From: Thermoplasmatota archaeon
GTDB lineage: Archaea > Thermoplasmatota > Penumbrarchaeia > Penumbrarchaeales > Penumbrarchaeaceae
Reading direction: 5' to 3'
DNA length: 61,491 bases
Assembly: GCA_029762535.1 (NCBI GenBank)
Contig: JARVGK010000018.1
Location: 1 to 61,491 of the forward strand
The notes under the pieces: model-generated
What the model was told of the DNA's origin: nothing
The model's database searches: none
What the model saw: the letters and a program-made list of their open reading frames with translations, nothing else
In this document: positions 48,967 through 59,756 of the stretch, piece by piece
How the letters are laid out: each line of letters opens with the position of its first letter
Numbering within the stretch: the first letter of the stretch is position 1
Program-made: the position numbers and the translations under genes

Positions 48967-49509
48967 ATGGTCCTTGACATGGAGAGCGAATTCTACAAGC
49001 TTGCGAAGAATATCACGGGCAACCCCAAGAACCTGCATAAACTGCTTGCGATCTCTCCAGGTTCCGGACGGATGTCCCTCATGGGCGCGGACGGAGGTGT
49101 GATCGTATCGGCGGGGATGCTGAAGGCCCTGGTGAAGGCGAGGCCGGAGAAGGCCTATACTTACGGCAAGAGGGCCTCAGGCGACCTTTTCGGAGCCCTG
49201 ATAAAAGAGTTCGATCAGGAGGTCGAGAACCTCGATCCCGCCAAGAAGATGGAGCTTGCCGTAGGGCTGGCCAGGTCCACTGGATGGGGCAATATGAGGA
49301 TCAAGGCGATCAACTCGAGGAAGAGGACGGCGACCATCGAGGTCGCCGATCCCCTCGAATCCCGAATGAAGGACGATAAAGGATTCCCAATGACCGCCGG
49401 TTACATAGCGGGATTATCCAGCGTATCGTTCGGAGCAGATATGATATGCGAGTGCGGCCCCTCCACATCCGGCGGACCCACGTTCACGGTCAAGGAAATA
49501 TCGGAATAG
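48967..49509 (+). CDS. V4R-like domain protein
   Basis: AYTYGKR, STGWG, AGYIAG pattern. Confidence 0.55.
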   Translation: MVLDMESEFYKLAKNITGNPKNLHKLLAISPGSGRMSLMGADGGVIVSAGMLKALVKARPEKAYTYGKRASGDLFGALIKEFDQEVENLDPAKKMELAVGLARSTGWGNMRIKAINSRKRTATIEVADPLESRMKDDKGFPMTAGYIAGLSSVSFGADMICECGPSTSGGPTFTVKEISE

Positions 49510-49539
49510 ATTATTCTATCAGTCAATTGATCATGGTAC

Positions 49540-49992
49540 GTGGTCCAAGGGGTCATCGTAAGGAGGGTCCAGGCAAGGGACCTCGAACAGATCAACGGAA
49601 TAGCGCACGCGATGCTGAGAGAGGAATACAGCCTGGAGCTGTTCACCCATCTCTTTGAGAGGGCAGGGGGGTCTTTCATGGCGGCCCTGATAGGAGATTC
49701 GGTTATCGGATTCGTCCTGTCGGTGCCGCTCACGTCAAGGACCATGAGGATACTCATGTTAGCGGTGAGTGAGGAGAACCAATCAAGAGGCATCGGCAAG
49801 ATGCTCCTCGAGGCATGCAAGAACCACAGCGTGTCCCGGATGATGAACGAGATCGTTCTCGAGGTCGGCGTTGACAACGAAAAGGCCGTGGAGTTCTATT
49901 CACGCAACGGTTTCTCGGTGGTTTCGAGGATCAAGGAATATTACAATGACAGGACGGACGCCTACGTCATGAAATGCTACCTTCCGATGTAG
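49540..49992 (+). CDS. rimI: GNAT N-acetyltransferase (RimI/Ard1-like)
   Basis: LAV..QSRGIGKMLL, LEVGVDNEKAVEFY, YYND..DAYVM. Confidence 0.85.
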   Translation: MVQGVIVRRVQARDLEQINGIAHAMLREEYSLELFTHLFERAGGSFMAALIGDSVIGFVLSVPLTSRTMRILMLAVSEENQSRGIGKMLLEACKNHSVSRMMNEIVLEVGVDNEKAVEFYSRNGFSVVSRIKEYYNDRTDAYVMKCYLPM

Positions 49993-51077
49993 CCGCCCTT
50001 TTTTTTCCCCTTGACGCGATAATATGTATAGGGGCTGTTCATCCAATCCTTCTCGCAAAGTGAATCGGGGTTGAAGCATATCCCGGTGCTCTTCATCGTT
50101 TCGCATCCGGGCACCCTGTATTCAGTTCCGGAACTGCTTCCCCTTATATGATCGATCTGATAACGTACGATGTCCTCCTTGAAATCCGGTGATGTGGCGA
50201 ATACCTTGAATATCTCTTCGGGCCCCATCCCTATCGCGTTGAGGAAAGCGACAAGGGCGAATCGCGCATGGTGCGGCAGGTTCTCCCCTGCCTGGGTCAT
50301 CCCCAGGGCCTGCCTCATGCATGGAGGGATCCTCGTTATGGTGACCGCCCCCATGCTGATCGGCCTGTACTCCTTTCTCCTGGTATCGACCCTGGCCTTG
50401 ATCTCAAGGGCGATATCCCTTATCGCCCCATGTGAGGGGATGTCGGGACCGGGCTCGAGCCCTGATTCTATCCTGGTCTTTATCAGTTCCTGAACAAGGC
50501 GTATGTACCTCCTCCTGTTGAGTTCTATATATCCATTCACCAGCCTCTGATTGGATAGGTCCCATTCCTGTCCAGTGATGTGCGACCTTGCTGACAGGTA
50601 ATCCGTCATCCTAACCCAGTAGCTCCGCCTGTCCCTCTCGATCAGGTCATCCCCGGAAGGCCTCACCCCCTTCAGGACCATTGGAGGCTCGATCCTCTTC
50701 TCCACGGGAGGGGGATATGCCTTGAGGCCGACCTCGGCCCCGATCGAGAGCATCGCTTCCAGGCCCTCGTTCTCGAGATTATCGGCGGCGACCTCGGCCT
50801 CCCTGTGCGAGAACCATTTTACCAGATTCCGATCGCGTATCGCGGATACGATGAAGCGGGATAGCGGATAGGACAGGATCAGCGCCTCGACATCCCCGGG
50901 GCGTTCCATCTCGGGCCTGCCGGAGCCATCGACGGCGTCCAGAAGCCTCTGTCTGGCGAACTGATGGACAACCCTGAACTCATCGGACGATATGGCGGAC
51001 ATGCTTATTCCCCGCGCCTTCACGTGGTCCCTGGAAGCTTCCAGGAACGGATATCTCGCAACGTCCGCCGGTTCCAT
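49977..51077 (-). CDS. priL: DNA primase large subunit
   Basis: ARYPFL, PPCM, GENLPHHARF, PDF..YQIDHI, YRVPGCETMK..IC..C. Confidence 0.95.
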   Translation of the reverse strand: MEPADVARYPFLEASRDHVKARGISMSAISSDEFRVVHQFARQRLLDAVDGSGRPEMERPGDVEALILSYPLSRFIVSAIRDRNLVKWFSHREAEVAADNLENEGLEAMLSIGAEVGLKAYPPPVEKRIEPPMVLKGVRPSGDDLIERDRRSYWVRMTDYLSARSHITGQEWDLSNQRLVNGYIELNRRRYIRLVQELIKTRIESGLEPGPDIPSHGAIRDIALEIKARVDTRRKEYRPISMGAVTITRIPPCMRQALGMTQAGENLPHHARFALVAFLNAIGMGPEEIFKVFATSPDFKEDIVRYQIDHIRGSSSGTEYRVPGCETMKSTGICFNPDSLCEKDWMNSPYTYYRVKGKKKGGYIGR

Positions 51078-51087
51078 CCTCCAGCCC

Positions 51088-51234
51088 TCAGAAATAGTTC
51101 ACAGCTCCCATGGTGAAGCCGCATCTGCCGCAGAACACGAGCTGGTATCCGGTCATGTCAAGCAGTCTCGCGTTTGTCCTGAGCTCGCACTCGCATGCGG
51201 GACACTTCGGGGTGGCCTTCCTATCATCGTTCAT
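51088..51234 (-). CDS. Small CPxC/CxxCG zinc-ribbon protein, 48 aa (not in ORF track)
   Basis: MNDDRKATPKCPACECELRTNARLLDMTGYQLVFCGRCGFTMGAVNYF*; ends 10 nt before the priL start on the same strand. Confidence 0.75.
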   Translation of the reverse strand: MNDDRKATPKCPACECELRTNARLLDMTGYQLVFCGRCGFTMGAVNYF

Positions 51235-51312
51235 GGCAGGTATATGGGATTAGGGATATATCAGATGAGAGGGTTTTGGAGGCGCCCCGAAAAGGCTCGG
51301 GAGGTGTGAAAG

Positions 51313-52548
51313 TTGAGCGAGGTCCTTGAAAGGTTCCTGAGATATGTGAAAGTGGATACCGGATCCGAGGAGGGAGTGGAGGATAGCTACCCCTCGACGG
51401 AAAAACAGAAGGTGCTCTTGGAGATGCTCGTTGAGGAGTTGAGGGAGATCGGCATAGCGGATGCTGCGATGGACGAATACGGCTACGTCATGGGCACGAT
51501 CCATTCGAATTTGGGCCCCGATCGAGATGATGTGAGGACCATAGGGCTCATAGCTCACGTGGATACATCCCCGGAGGTCTCCGGAAACGACGTCAAGCCC
51601 ATATTGCACGAGAATTATGACGGAGGCGATATCCAACTCCCGTCCGGAACGGTCATAAGATCGGATGAGAACCCGCATCTCTTGGAGAACATCGGCAACA
51701 CGATCGTGACCTCCGACGGATCGACCCTGCTCGGCGCCGACGACAAGGCAGGGGTAGCCGAGATAATGACCGCCGCCTCCATGTTGATGAGGGACTCATC
51801 CATACCCCACGGTAGGATACGCATCGCGTTCACCCCGGACGAGGAGGTGGGCAACGGAACGAAGTTCTTCGATGTGAAGAAGTTCGATGCGGACTGCGCC
51901 TACACCATCGACGGAGGAGTGATAGGCGAGGTCGAGGACGAGACCTTCAACGCGATGACCGCGACGTTCAAGGTAAAGGGGATCAACGTCCATCCCGGAT
52001 ACGCCAAGGGCAAGATGGTGAATGCCGTCAGGATCATATCCGAGATAGCTTCCATGTTGCCACACACGAAGTCCCCCGAGGCGACCCAGGACCGGGAGGG
52101 CTATCTACATCCGAACAAGATAGAGGGTGCGGTCGAGGAGGCATCCCTCAAGGTCCTTATCAGGGATTTCTCCATGGAAGGGATCGGTGAGCTGGTGAAC
52201 ATACTCGAGAACGTCGCCGAGTTCCAGAGGGCTAGATATCCCAAGGCCGAGATCGCTCTGGACATCCAGGAATCCTACAGGAACATGAAGGAGGTCCTGG
52301 ACAGGTATCCGGAGGTGACGAGGTTCGCCGAAGAAGCCGTCCGGAGGGCTGGGGTAGAGCCGAAGAAGGCCATAATCAGAGGGGGGACCGATGGTTCAAG
52401 GCTCTCTTTCATGGGGTTGCCCACTCCGAATTTGTTCGCGGGGGGGATGAACTTCCATTCCAGGCAGGAGTATGTTCCCCTTCGGTCCATGGAGGCTGCG
52501 GTTAAGACCATCATCAAGCTCGTCAAGCTCCACGCCGGAGACATCTGA
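51313..52548 (+). CDS. pepT: Peptidase T (M20B tripeptidase)
   Basis: ERFLRYVK, AHVDTS, LLGADDKAG, FTPDEEVG, IRGGTDG, NFHS. Confidence 0.95.
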   Translation: MSEVLERFLRYVKVDTGSEEGVEDSYPSTEKQKVLLEMLVEELREIGIADAAMDEYGYVMGTIHSNLGPDRDDVRTIGLIAHVDTSPEVSGNDVKPILHENYDGGDIQLPSGTVIRSDENPHLLENIGNTIVTSDGSTLLGADDKAGVAEIMTAASMLMRDSSIPHGRIRIAFTPDEEVGNGTKFFDVKKFDADCAYTIDGGVIGEVEDETFNAMTATFKVKGINVHPGYAKGKMVNAVRIISEIASMLPHTKSPEATQDREGYLHPNKIEGAVEEASLKVLIRDFSMEGIGELVNILENVAEFQRARYPKAEIALDIQESYRNMKEVLDRYPEVTRFAEEAVRRAGVEPKKAIIRGGTDGSRLSFMGLPTPNLFAGGMNFHSRQEYVPLRSMEAAVKTIIKLVKLHAGDI

Positions 52549-52604
52549 ACCCTCCTGCTCGGGGGCAGGGAAATATTAAATAGGGCATTTGTCGATTTGA
52601 CATC

Positions 52605-55313
52605 ATGCGCCGCATCATTTCATCAGGCCTTATTCTGGCCCTCATGGCCCTTATGACATTCTCCATTCACCCGGGGGACGGGACTCCAACAAGGGACGAG
52701 AACGTCGATATCGAAGTGTCGTTCCTTGCCCCATGGGAGGGCGGCAGCTACGGGACCGAGGACGGCCTCAACACCACATTGGTCCTGAGCAATCTGGGGA
52801 CCACCTGGGCCAATCTGACCGGGTCCGCGCAGCTGACCGTGAAGAACTACAACACCGGGGATGCGGTGTGGAAACCGCTTTCAAGGCCTTTCACCGGCAT
52901 TCCTCCCGGCCAGAACATTACCATGAACTATACGACATGGAGGCCTACGACGGGAGGTAAATTCCAGGCGGAGGTGTTCGTAACCTATTTCGGGGACAAG
53001 GACTACAACAACAACAAGGACATCGTGAACTTCACGTTGAAGTCCCAGACCTGGCAGGATGACCCTAAACTGGAAACGGGATCCGTCACCCCCATATTAG
53101 GGGACACATCCACCCTCTTCACATACAAGGTATATTTCATTCACAACGATCTGCCCGATTCGATTACCGTGGAGATCGACGGGACGAATTATACGATGGA
53201 CGAGGCCGATCCTGATGACCTGATAGCCGAGGACGGCAAGGAATATACTTACAAGACCACACTGAACCTGGGCAACCATGATTACAGGTTCTTCGCATTC
53301 CAGGGGGCGTTGGGCATCGGGCATCTGAACAACATGACGATGACAGGGCCCTGGGTGAACCTGACATTGAACACCGCCGATCTCCTACCGAACAGCGGTT
53401 TCATAACCACAAATTTCCTGATCTCGGTTTTCTACGGATCCTCGGCCAACGAACCTCCCGATGAGATATACGCTATGATAGCCGGAAACAGATATGACCT
53501 ATCAAGGACAGCGCTGACCCCCATCTATACATCCGGCAGGATAGAGTTCCAGGCAACGGTCGCCGGCATCGACCTTATCCCCTCCCCGGTGATGATCAGC
53601 TATCATTGTTCGCTCGGGACCGACCAATTATCCCTCGGCCCGTTCCCTTTCGACGGCCCGTCCATGCTAACGAGCAACATCACGGGGCATGTCAGGGACG
53701 CTGATGGGTCTCCTATCCCGGGCGCCACCGTCAAGCTAGAACCCGGGGAGGAGACCGTGACGGACTCCCAGGGCGTATATTCCATACCGACATTCGAGGG
53801 GCGAGGCTTCTCACTCGTAGGCAGCGCGGAAGGATATCAGACCAAGACCTATACCGGGATCGACATCTACCCCTCGGAGGATAGGATCGTGGATGTGGAA
53901 CTCCAGCTGCCTCCGGTCGGAGCGACCCTGTCCGGAAGGGTATTGTCGATGCTGGACGGAGACCTGGTGGGTGTCGAAGGCATAACCGTGAGCCTCTCGG
54001 GTACGTTCTTCAGCGATACAGTATCCACCAACATCACGGGTCATTTCATCCTCGAGGACATCCCCGGCGAACAGGGATACCTCCTTTCGATAGAACAGCA
54101 TCCCTACCTGCCCTACTCGAGCACCCTGAACATACAGAACGGACAGAGCCTTTTCAGGGAGATCGTCCTCACCGAGAAGGATATGGACATCGGGATATTT
54201 CCCGCACCCGGGGAGATCCCCCTCGATGCGGAGTTCGAGATACGTTTCGGAAGACCCATCGATACGATGACCCTCGATGTCGGAACCGTACCTCCGCTCA
54301 ATATGGACATCCTGCCTTCGAATGACAACACCACGATCAGGCTGGTCCCTCTTGAACAACTGCTTTACGGGACCGAATATTCCCTGATCGTAGGGCCAGG
54401 GGTGATGGATACCGAAGGCATCAGCGTCGTCTGGAGAGAGGTGTGGGCCGAATATTCAACGGTCATGCAGGAACTGCCCTCGATAACCGTGGACCCGGCC
54501 CCCGATTCCATCGATGTGCCTTTACAGCCCGTTATAAGGATGCTCTTTTCGACCGCTGTGAACCACAGCACGTTCAATGCGACCCTGCGGAGCTCGGCCG
54601 AACAGGAGGTCGGATTGCCCATAAACGTGACGATATCCGATGACAGGAACATGTCGGACCACGGCAGGAGGACGACATCCGCCGAGATCTCCTGCCCCCT
54701 GCTGGCATGGGAGAGCACCTACGTATTGATCTTGACCGATGATCTCCTTGACATATACGGTAGAAAGGTCCTCGAACGCCATTTCATCATGGAGTTCCGC
54801 ACCGTCGGGGAACCCGACAGGGACGGGGACGGAGTTCCGGACGGCCGGGACGCGTTCCCGGACGACCCGGCAGCCTCGGTCGACTCGGACGGGGACGGAT
54901 ACCCTGACTTCTGGAACCCCGGAAAGACAGAGGCGGACTCCACTACAGGTCTGAAGCTTGACGCTTTCCCCGACGATCCGAACGAATGGAACGATACGGA
55001 CGGTGACGGTATCGGGGACAATTCTGACCCGGACATAGACGGCGACGGCATGCCCAACGAGTGGGAGGGCCAATACGGCCTTGATCCTTACGACCCGAGC
55101 GATGCCTTCGGGGACCTTGACGGGGACGGCTTCACTAATCTCCAGGAATACCTTGCGGGAACGAACCCGACCGATCCAAAGGACTATCCGAGAGAGGGAA
55201 CGTCCTTCGGCAGTATCAAATGGTTATTGCTCGCGGTCATAGTGCTCCTTATCGTGGTAGGGGTGTTCTTCCTCATCAGGTTCAAACGGAGCCCCGCCTT
55301 TGTGGAAGAGTGA
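52605..55313 (+). CDS. Surface protein with carboxypeptidase-regulatory-like and Ig-like domains, thrombospondin type 3-like Ca-binding repeats, TM anchor
   Basis: ITGHVRD..PIPGATV; DxDGDGxPD..DAFPDDP repeats; GFTNLQEY; TM then RFKRSPAFVEE. Confidence 0.82.
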   Translation: MRRIISSGLILALMALMTFSIHPGDGTPTRDENVDIEVSFLAPWEGGSYGTEDGLNTTLVLSNLGTTWANLTGSAQLTVKNYNTGDAVWKPLSRPFTGIPPGQNITMNYTTWRPTTGGKFQAEVFVTYFGDKDYNNNKDIVNFTLKSQTWQDDPKLETGSVTPILGDTSTLFTYKVYFIHNDLPDSITVEIDGTNYTMDEADPDDLIAEDGKEYTYKTTLNLGNHDYRFFAFQGALGIGHLNNMTMTGPWVNLTLNTADLLPNSGFITTNFLISVFYGSSANEPPDEIYAMIAGNRYDLSRTALTPIYTSGRIEFQATVAGIDLIPSPVMISYHCSLGTDQLSLGPFPFDGPSMLTSNITGHVRDADGSPIPGATVKLEPGEETVTDSQGVYSIPTFEGRGFSLVGSAEGYQTKTYTGIDIYPSEDRIVDVELQLPPVGATLSGRVLSMLDGDLVGVEGITVSLSGTFFSDTVSTNITGHFILEDIPGEQGYLLSIEQHPYLPYSSTLNIQNGQSLFREIVLTEKDMDIGIFPAPGEIPLDAEFEIRFGRPIDTMTLDVGTVPPLNMDILPSNDNTTIRLVPLEQLLYGTEYSLIVGPGVMDTEGISVVWREVWAEYSTVMQELPSITVDPAPDSIDVPLQPVIRMLFSTAVNHSTFNATLRSSAEQEVGLPINVTISDDRNMSDHGRRTTSAEISCPLLAWESTYVLILTDDLLDIYGRKVLERHFIMEFRTVGEPDRDGDGVPDGRDAFPDDPAASVDSDGDGYPDFWNPGKTEADSTTGLKLDAFPDDPNEWNDTDGDGIGDNSDPDIDGDGMPNEWEGQYGLDPYDPSDAFGDLDGDGFTNLQEYLAGTNPTDPKDYPREGTSFGSIKWLLLAVIVLLIVVGVFFLIRFKRSPAFVEE

Positions 55314-55367
55314 TGGTTCCACTCTGTACAGTTAATTATATATGGACTGGCCAGGATATTAGACGCC

Positions 55368-58300
55368 GTGAAAGCTCAACTCCTTATGCTGCTCCTTGCG
55401 GCACTTCTCCTGATACCTTCTATGAATTTAGCTCGGGAGGACGGACCCAGCCGCTCCGATGAGACATGGACCATCCTCGTGTATATGGTCGGGGACTGCG
55501 ACCTCGAATCCGACGCCATCGACGATTTCAACGAGCTCGAGAGGATCGGCTCGACGGACAAGGTGAACATACTGGTCCAGCTGGACCGCATCGCTGGATT
55601 CGACAACAGGTCCGGGGACTGGACCGACGCCAGGCGTTTCAGGGTGCTCAAGGACGATGATCCCGACGAGATCCGCTCCACCCAGCTCGAGATCCTGGGC
55701 GAGGTCAACATGGCCGACCCCGAGGTCCTCACCGATTTCATCGCTTGGGGGGTGACATCCTACCCCGCCCAACATTACATGCTATCGATCTGGGGACATG
55801 CCAGAGGGGTGACGGAGGGTCTTTGCATCGACTATTCCAGCCCCTCGAACAGCCAGACCATGGGTTTGAGGGAGTTCGGAAGCGCTTTCAGGAACGTGAG
55901 CGCCGAGCATGACGTGAAATTCGACGTCGTCTCCCTGGACGTATGCTGGATGGGGATGGCCGAGACCGCCTTCGAGCTGATGGGGCACGCATCTTACATG
56001 ATAGCCGCATTCGACGAGACCCCTGCAGCGGGATGGCCTTACGACGTCTGCATCCCCCTGCTTCTGGATGGTTCCAAGCCCCTGAGAAGTCGACTGATCG
56101 ATGTCGTGGACGGTTTCATGTCCGTCTACGATATAGACGGAGGGCAGTCCTATGCTACACTGTCCGCGATCGACCTCGACGCGTTCCAGGTCTCATTTGT
56201 CCCGGCCTTCGAACGACTCTCAGAGGAGATGTTCTACTCCGCCCACGAGCAGAGGGCGCTGTACGAGTCCGTCATAAGGGACGTCGACAGTACCAGGGGA
56301 TTATCAATGATGGTCGATGTATATCAGGTAGCGGAGCTCCTATCCAAGGTGACGGGGATCCCCCAGAAGGTGAGGGCATTCTCCCTGGACCTCCTTGCGA
56401 CGGAGGGGGCGGTGATCGTCCATCACCGATCTGGCTCCTACCATCAGGAAGGGTCCAGGGCCTTCGGCATCTACCACCCGCTCGGCTATTACGATTCGAG
56501 ATACTCCCGGATACTGGCCACCGACATGACGGCCTGGGACGATTACGTCAACCTCTACATCGCCAACGTCCAGGCTAGCCCCGCAAGGATCAACTGGACG
56601 GAGGATGCCCCGGCGAAACTGTCATTCTCCCTGAGGACAACTACCCCCTCGGTCGTTACATCGGTCAGCATCGAGGTCGGCGAGCCGGGGAGCATGACGA
56701 CATATCCTCTCGGGTCTTCGGGGGGCCTCTTCTCACATTCCATTGACAGGGGCGGCAGGTCCAGCGTATCCTACCGCTACATACTCCGGACCACCAAGGG
56801 AGTGGACATCACTTTCCCTCCCGACGGATACGAGGAGGTCAGGTTCGCATCCGAGTCCGATCCTCCCGAGGTGCTGCACTGGCCCCCTTCCATCTTGGAT
56901 CCCTCTGCGGGGGATCGGATAGTGTTCTATATCCGGGACAGGTCCGGGGTCGATCTCGAGAACACCGCCATGTTCTTCAGGGAGAAAGGGGCAACGGACA
57001 TGTATTCGGTCCCTCTCGAGGTCGTATCATACGATGCGTTCCGTTCCGAGCTGACCTGCGCCGCATCCGTCGATTGGATCGCCGCCGGGTCACAGGTCGA
57101 ATACTATCTCGATGCGTTCGACATATACGGCAACTCCGTCAGGCATCCCGGGAGCGGGTTCCTCGAAACCCTGTTGGGCGAAGGGAACCGCTTCTACATC
57201 GACGGAAGGCATTCCTCCGAAGGTGGCTATGCCGAGCTCATGTCCATGATGAACGGGTCGATGATACTCTCCGAGACCGGTTCCGGTGCGATCGACGCCG
57301 CCCTTTTATCACATTACAAGGGCTATGTCCTTCTCGAGCCGATATATCCTTTTACCCAATCCGAGATCGACGCTCTGAGAGAATACCATCAAAAGGGCGG
57401 TGAGGTCCTGTTCGTCATCGATCCCTCGAGCTCAACTCAGAGAACGGTCGCGGCCCCGATACTGTCATTCCTCGAGGTGGGCGCCGACGGAGGGGCCTAC
57501 CCCGGAGGCCTCCTGATATCCAACCCCTTCACTCAGTTCGGAGATGACCTACCTCCGATATCGGTCCATTCCGGACCGACACTGTCCCATACCGGGAACA
57601 GCGAACCACTTTACATGGCCCCGGAAGCAGGGGCCTTGATGGTCCTGTCCTGGAAGGTGAAGGGGAAAGCGATCGTTTCCACTCCCTCCATCCTCGGCGA
57701 TGATATGATGGACAGAAGCTCCAACCGCGACCTGACCCGGAGGGTCCTCGACTTCCTATCCGCGAACATGCCCCCTGAGGTATCGATCTCCCAGGATCCG
57801 CCGGGCGTAGTGAGGCCCGGGACCAGGATCACCTTCGATCTCTCCGGATCGGTGGACCGCGACGGAAGCTTAGAGATCTATTCGATGCAGGTCCCCGGGC
57901 TCGGCTATTCGGAATCGCCCGATCCGATCTTCGAGTTCACCTTCCAGACCAGCGGACTTTACACGGTTATGTTCTCCGCCATCGACGAGGGCGGGGCAAG
58001 GACGTTCGTGACGTGGTCCGTCAGGGTGAACAGGCCTCCCACTCCCGAGGTGGGGGTGTCCTCTCTGGAGGTCTTCGCCGGGGTCAACGTCGTGTTCGAC
58101 TACAAGGGCAACGATCCCGAGGGCGACGAGTACACGCTCGTATGGGATTACGGGGATGGTTTCAAAGCAGGAGGACGGACCGTATCCCACGCCTACAGGA
58201 AAATGGGGCGATACAACGTCTCTCTTACCGTCACGGATGTGCACGGCATGTCATCGACATGGACGAGCGTCGTCAACGTCATGAACTCGGATCCGGCCGT

Positions 58301-59042
58301 ATCGATCCCGCGGGGGCTCATCATGGTCAACGACGGTGAGCCCTCATGGACCGGATCGAACATGGTGACACTCCAGGCCAGGGAGGGCGACGTTATCTTC
58401 ATAACGTCCGAGGGCACTGTCGATATGGACAGGGGAGATGATCTCAACTTCACATGGGACATGGGAGACGGCTCTGTAATTTACGGAGGGGATATTGAAT
58501 ACGTGTACAGGACCATGGGCCTGTTCAACGTAGAGCTTACGGTCACTGACGGGCACGGCGGCGCGGGCATCGAGAGGCTCAGCGTCTATATACAGAACAA
58601 CGATCCCCGGCCGTCCTTCACCGTCAAGACGGGCAGGGGCGGGAGGGTGGAACTCGACGCATCCCTCACGCATGACGATCCCTGGGACATCGAAGGTCTC
58701 CAGTACGTCTGGGACCTTGGCAACGGCAGAACGAGGACCACGACCGGTCCCGTACTATCCTACCGATATGCCTTTGGAGGGCGGTACTTGGTGAACCTGA
58801 CGGTGATCGACCCCGACGGAGGCAGGGGCTACGAGGAGGCCTACGTGACCGCAGGCGGAATGACCCTGGGCCAGACGATAGGGTTCCTCGTCGTTGTTCT
58901 GCTGATATTGGCTGGTATCGCCGCGGCCGCGTTCTTCGTGGTCCGCAAGAGGATGATAGAGAAGGACGTGGGGCTGATCGACATACACAGGCCGCGAGGG
59001 GACGGGATAGTGTATCAGCGGTTCGGGGAGAGGAAGAGTTGA
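55368..59042 (+). CDS. Clostripain-family (C11) cysteine peptidase with PKD domains and TM anchor
   Basis: WTILVYMVGDCDLE, EVNMADP, YPAQHY..WGH (His), DVCWMG (Cys), GWPY; WDYGDG/WDMGDG PKD repeats. Confidence 0.9.
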   Translation: MKAQLLMLLLAALLLIPSMNLAREDGPSRSDETWTILVYMVGDCDLESDAIDDFNELERIGSTDKVNILVQLDRIAGFDNRSGDWTDARRFRVLKDDDPDEIRSTQLEILGEVNMADPEVLTDFIAWGVTSYPAQHYMLSIWGHARGVTEGLCIDYSSPSNSQTMGLREFGSAFRNVSAEHDVKFDVVSLDVCWMGMAETAFELMGHASYMIAAFDETPAAGWPYDVCIPLLLDGSKPLRSRLIDVVDGFMSVYDIDGGQSYATLSAIDLDAFQVSFVPAFERLSEEMFYSAHEQRALYESVIRDVDSTRGLSMMVDVYQVAELLSKVTGIPQKVRAFSLDLLATEGAVIVHHRSGSYHQEGSRAFGIYHPLGYYDSRYSRILATDMTAWDDYVNLYIANVQASPARINWTEDAPAKLSFSLRTTTPSVVTSVSIEVGEPGSMTTYPLGSSGGLFSHSIDRGGRSSVSYRYILRTTKGVDITFPPDGYEEVRFASESDPPEVLHWPPSILDPSAGDRIVFYIRDRSGVDLENTAMFFREKGATDMYSVPLEVVSYDAFRSELTCAASVDWIAAGSQVEYYLDAFDIYGNSVRHPGSGFLETLLGEGNRFYIDGRHSSEGGYAELMSMMNGSMILSETGSGAIDAALLSHYKGYVLLEPIYPFTQSEIDALREYHQKGGEVLFVIDPSSSTQRTVAAPILSFLEVGADGGAYPGGLLISNPFTQFGDDLPPISVHSGPTLSHTGNSEPLYMAPEAGALMVLSWKVKGKAIVSTPSILGDDMMDRSSNRDLTRRVLDFLSANMPPEVSISQDPPGVVRPGTRITFDLSGSVDRDGSLEIYSMQVPGLGYSESPDPIFEFTFQTSGLYTVMFSAIDEGGARTFVTWSVRVNRPPTPEVGVSSLEVFAGVNVVFDYKGNDPEGDEYTLVWDYGDGFKAGGRTVSHAYRKMGRYNVSLTVTDVHGMSSTWTSVVNVMNSDPAVSIPRGLIMVNDGEPSWTGSNMVTLQAREGDVIFITSEGTVDMDRGDDLNFTWDMGDGSVIYGGDIEYVYRTMGLFNVELTVTDGHGGAGIERLSVYIQNNDPRPSFTVKTGRGGRVELDASLTHDDPWDIEGLQYVWDLGNGRTRTTTGPVLSYRYAFGGRYLVNLTVIDPDGGRGYEEAYVTAGGMTLGQTIGFLVVVLLILAGIAAAAFFVVRKRMIEKDVGLIDIHRPRGDGIVYQRFGERKS

Positions 59043-59728
59043 GGATAGGGCTGATATCGGACCTTCACGGAAACGTTCCTGCCCTGGAGTCGGTCCTCGA
59101 GGAACTGGATGTCGAGAGCATAGTTTGTTTGGGGGACCTTGTGGGGATCGGCCCAGATCCCGCAGGGGTCGTTGACATCGTGATGAAGGATAAGAGGATA
59201 CAATCCGTGCGGGGCAATCACGATCACAACGCAGCTTTTGGGACGTCGTACGGACCGATCCCGGACGTGAGGAGGAGGGACCATCACCGCTGGGTCCGGT
59301 CCCAGCTCTCTGAGGACCAGTCGATGTTCCTCAAGAACCTGCCCGCATCCATCGCGGATGGCGGGATCCATTTCACCCACAGCCATCCCGACCATATCGG
59401 GCCCAAGGTACCTTATTTCGAACGGGCGGAAACCGGGATCCTCGACGATTACTACGCCGGGATCGAGGGAGGCGAAAGGCTCGTGGCCTTCGGACATACC
59501 CATGTCCCTCTGGACGTTATCAGCGATGGCTCGCAGAGGCGTTATTTCAACCCGGGGGCCGTGGGCGCACAGAACGAGGGCATGGCCCAGTACGCCATCA
59601 TCGATGTGGATGATGGGGGGATCCGCATCGAGAGGAGGAAAACCCCCTACGATATCGAATGGATCCGCCAGGAGATCCGGGCAAGGGGCGTCGTCCACGC
59701 GGAGTCGATAATCAGGATCTTCTACTGA
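59039..59728 (+). CDS. Calcineurin-like metallophosphoesterase
   Basis: ISDLHGN, LGDLVG, GNHD, GHTH, NPGAVG. Confidence 0.92.
   Translation: MRIGLISDLHGNVPALESVLEELDVESIVCLGDLVGIGPDPAGVVDIVMKDKRIQSVRGNHDHNAAFGTSYGPIPDVRRRDHHRWVRSQLSEDQSMFLKNLPASIADGGIHFTHSHPDHIGPKVPYFERAETGILDDYYAGIEGGERLVAFGHTHVPLDVISDGSQRRYFNPGAVGAQNEGMAQYAIIDVDDGGIRIERRKTPYDIEWIRQEIRARGVVHAESIIRIFY
59651..59728 (+). repeat. 78-bp direct repeat, copy 1 (3' end of the metallophosphoesterase gene)
   Basis: 75/78 identical to 61299-61376. Confidence 0.95.
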
Positions 59729-59756
59729 TTCCGATCCATGCGAAACTATAAATCCA

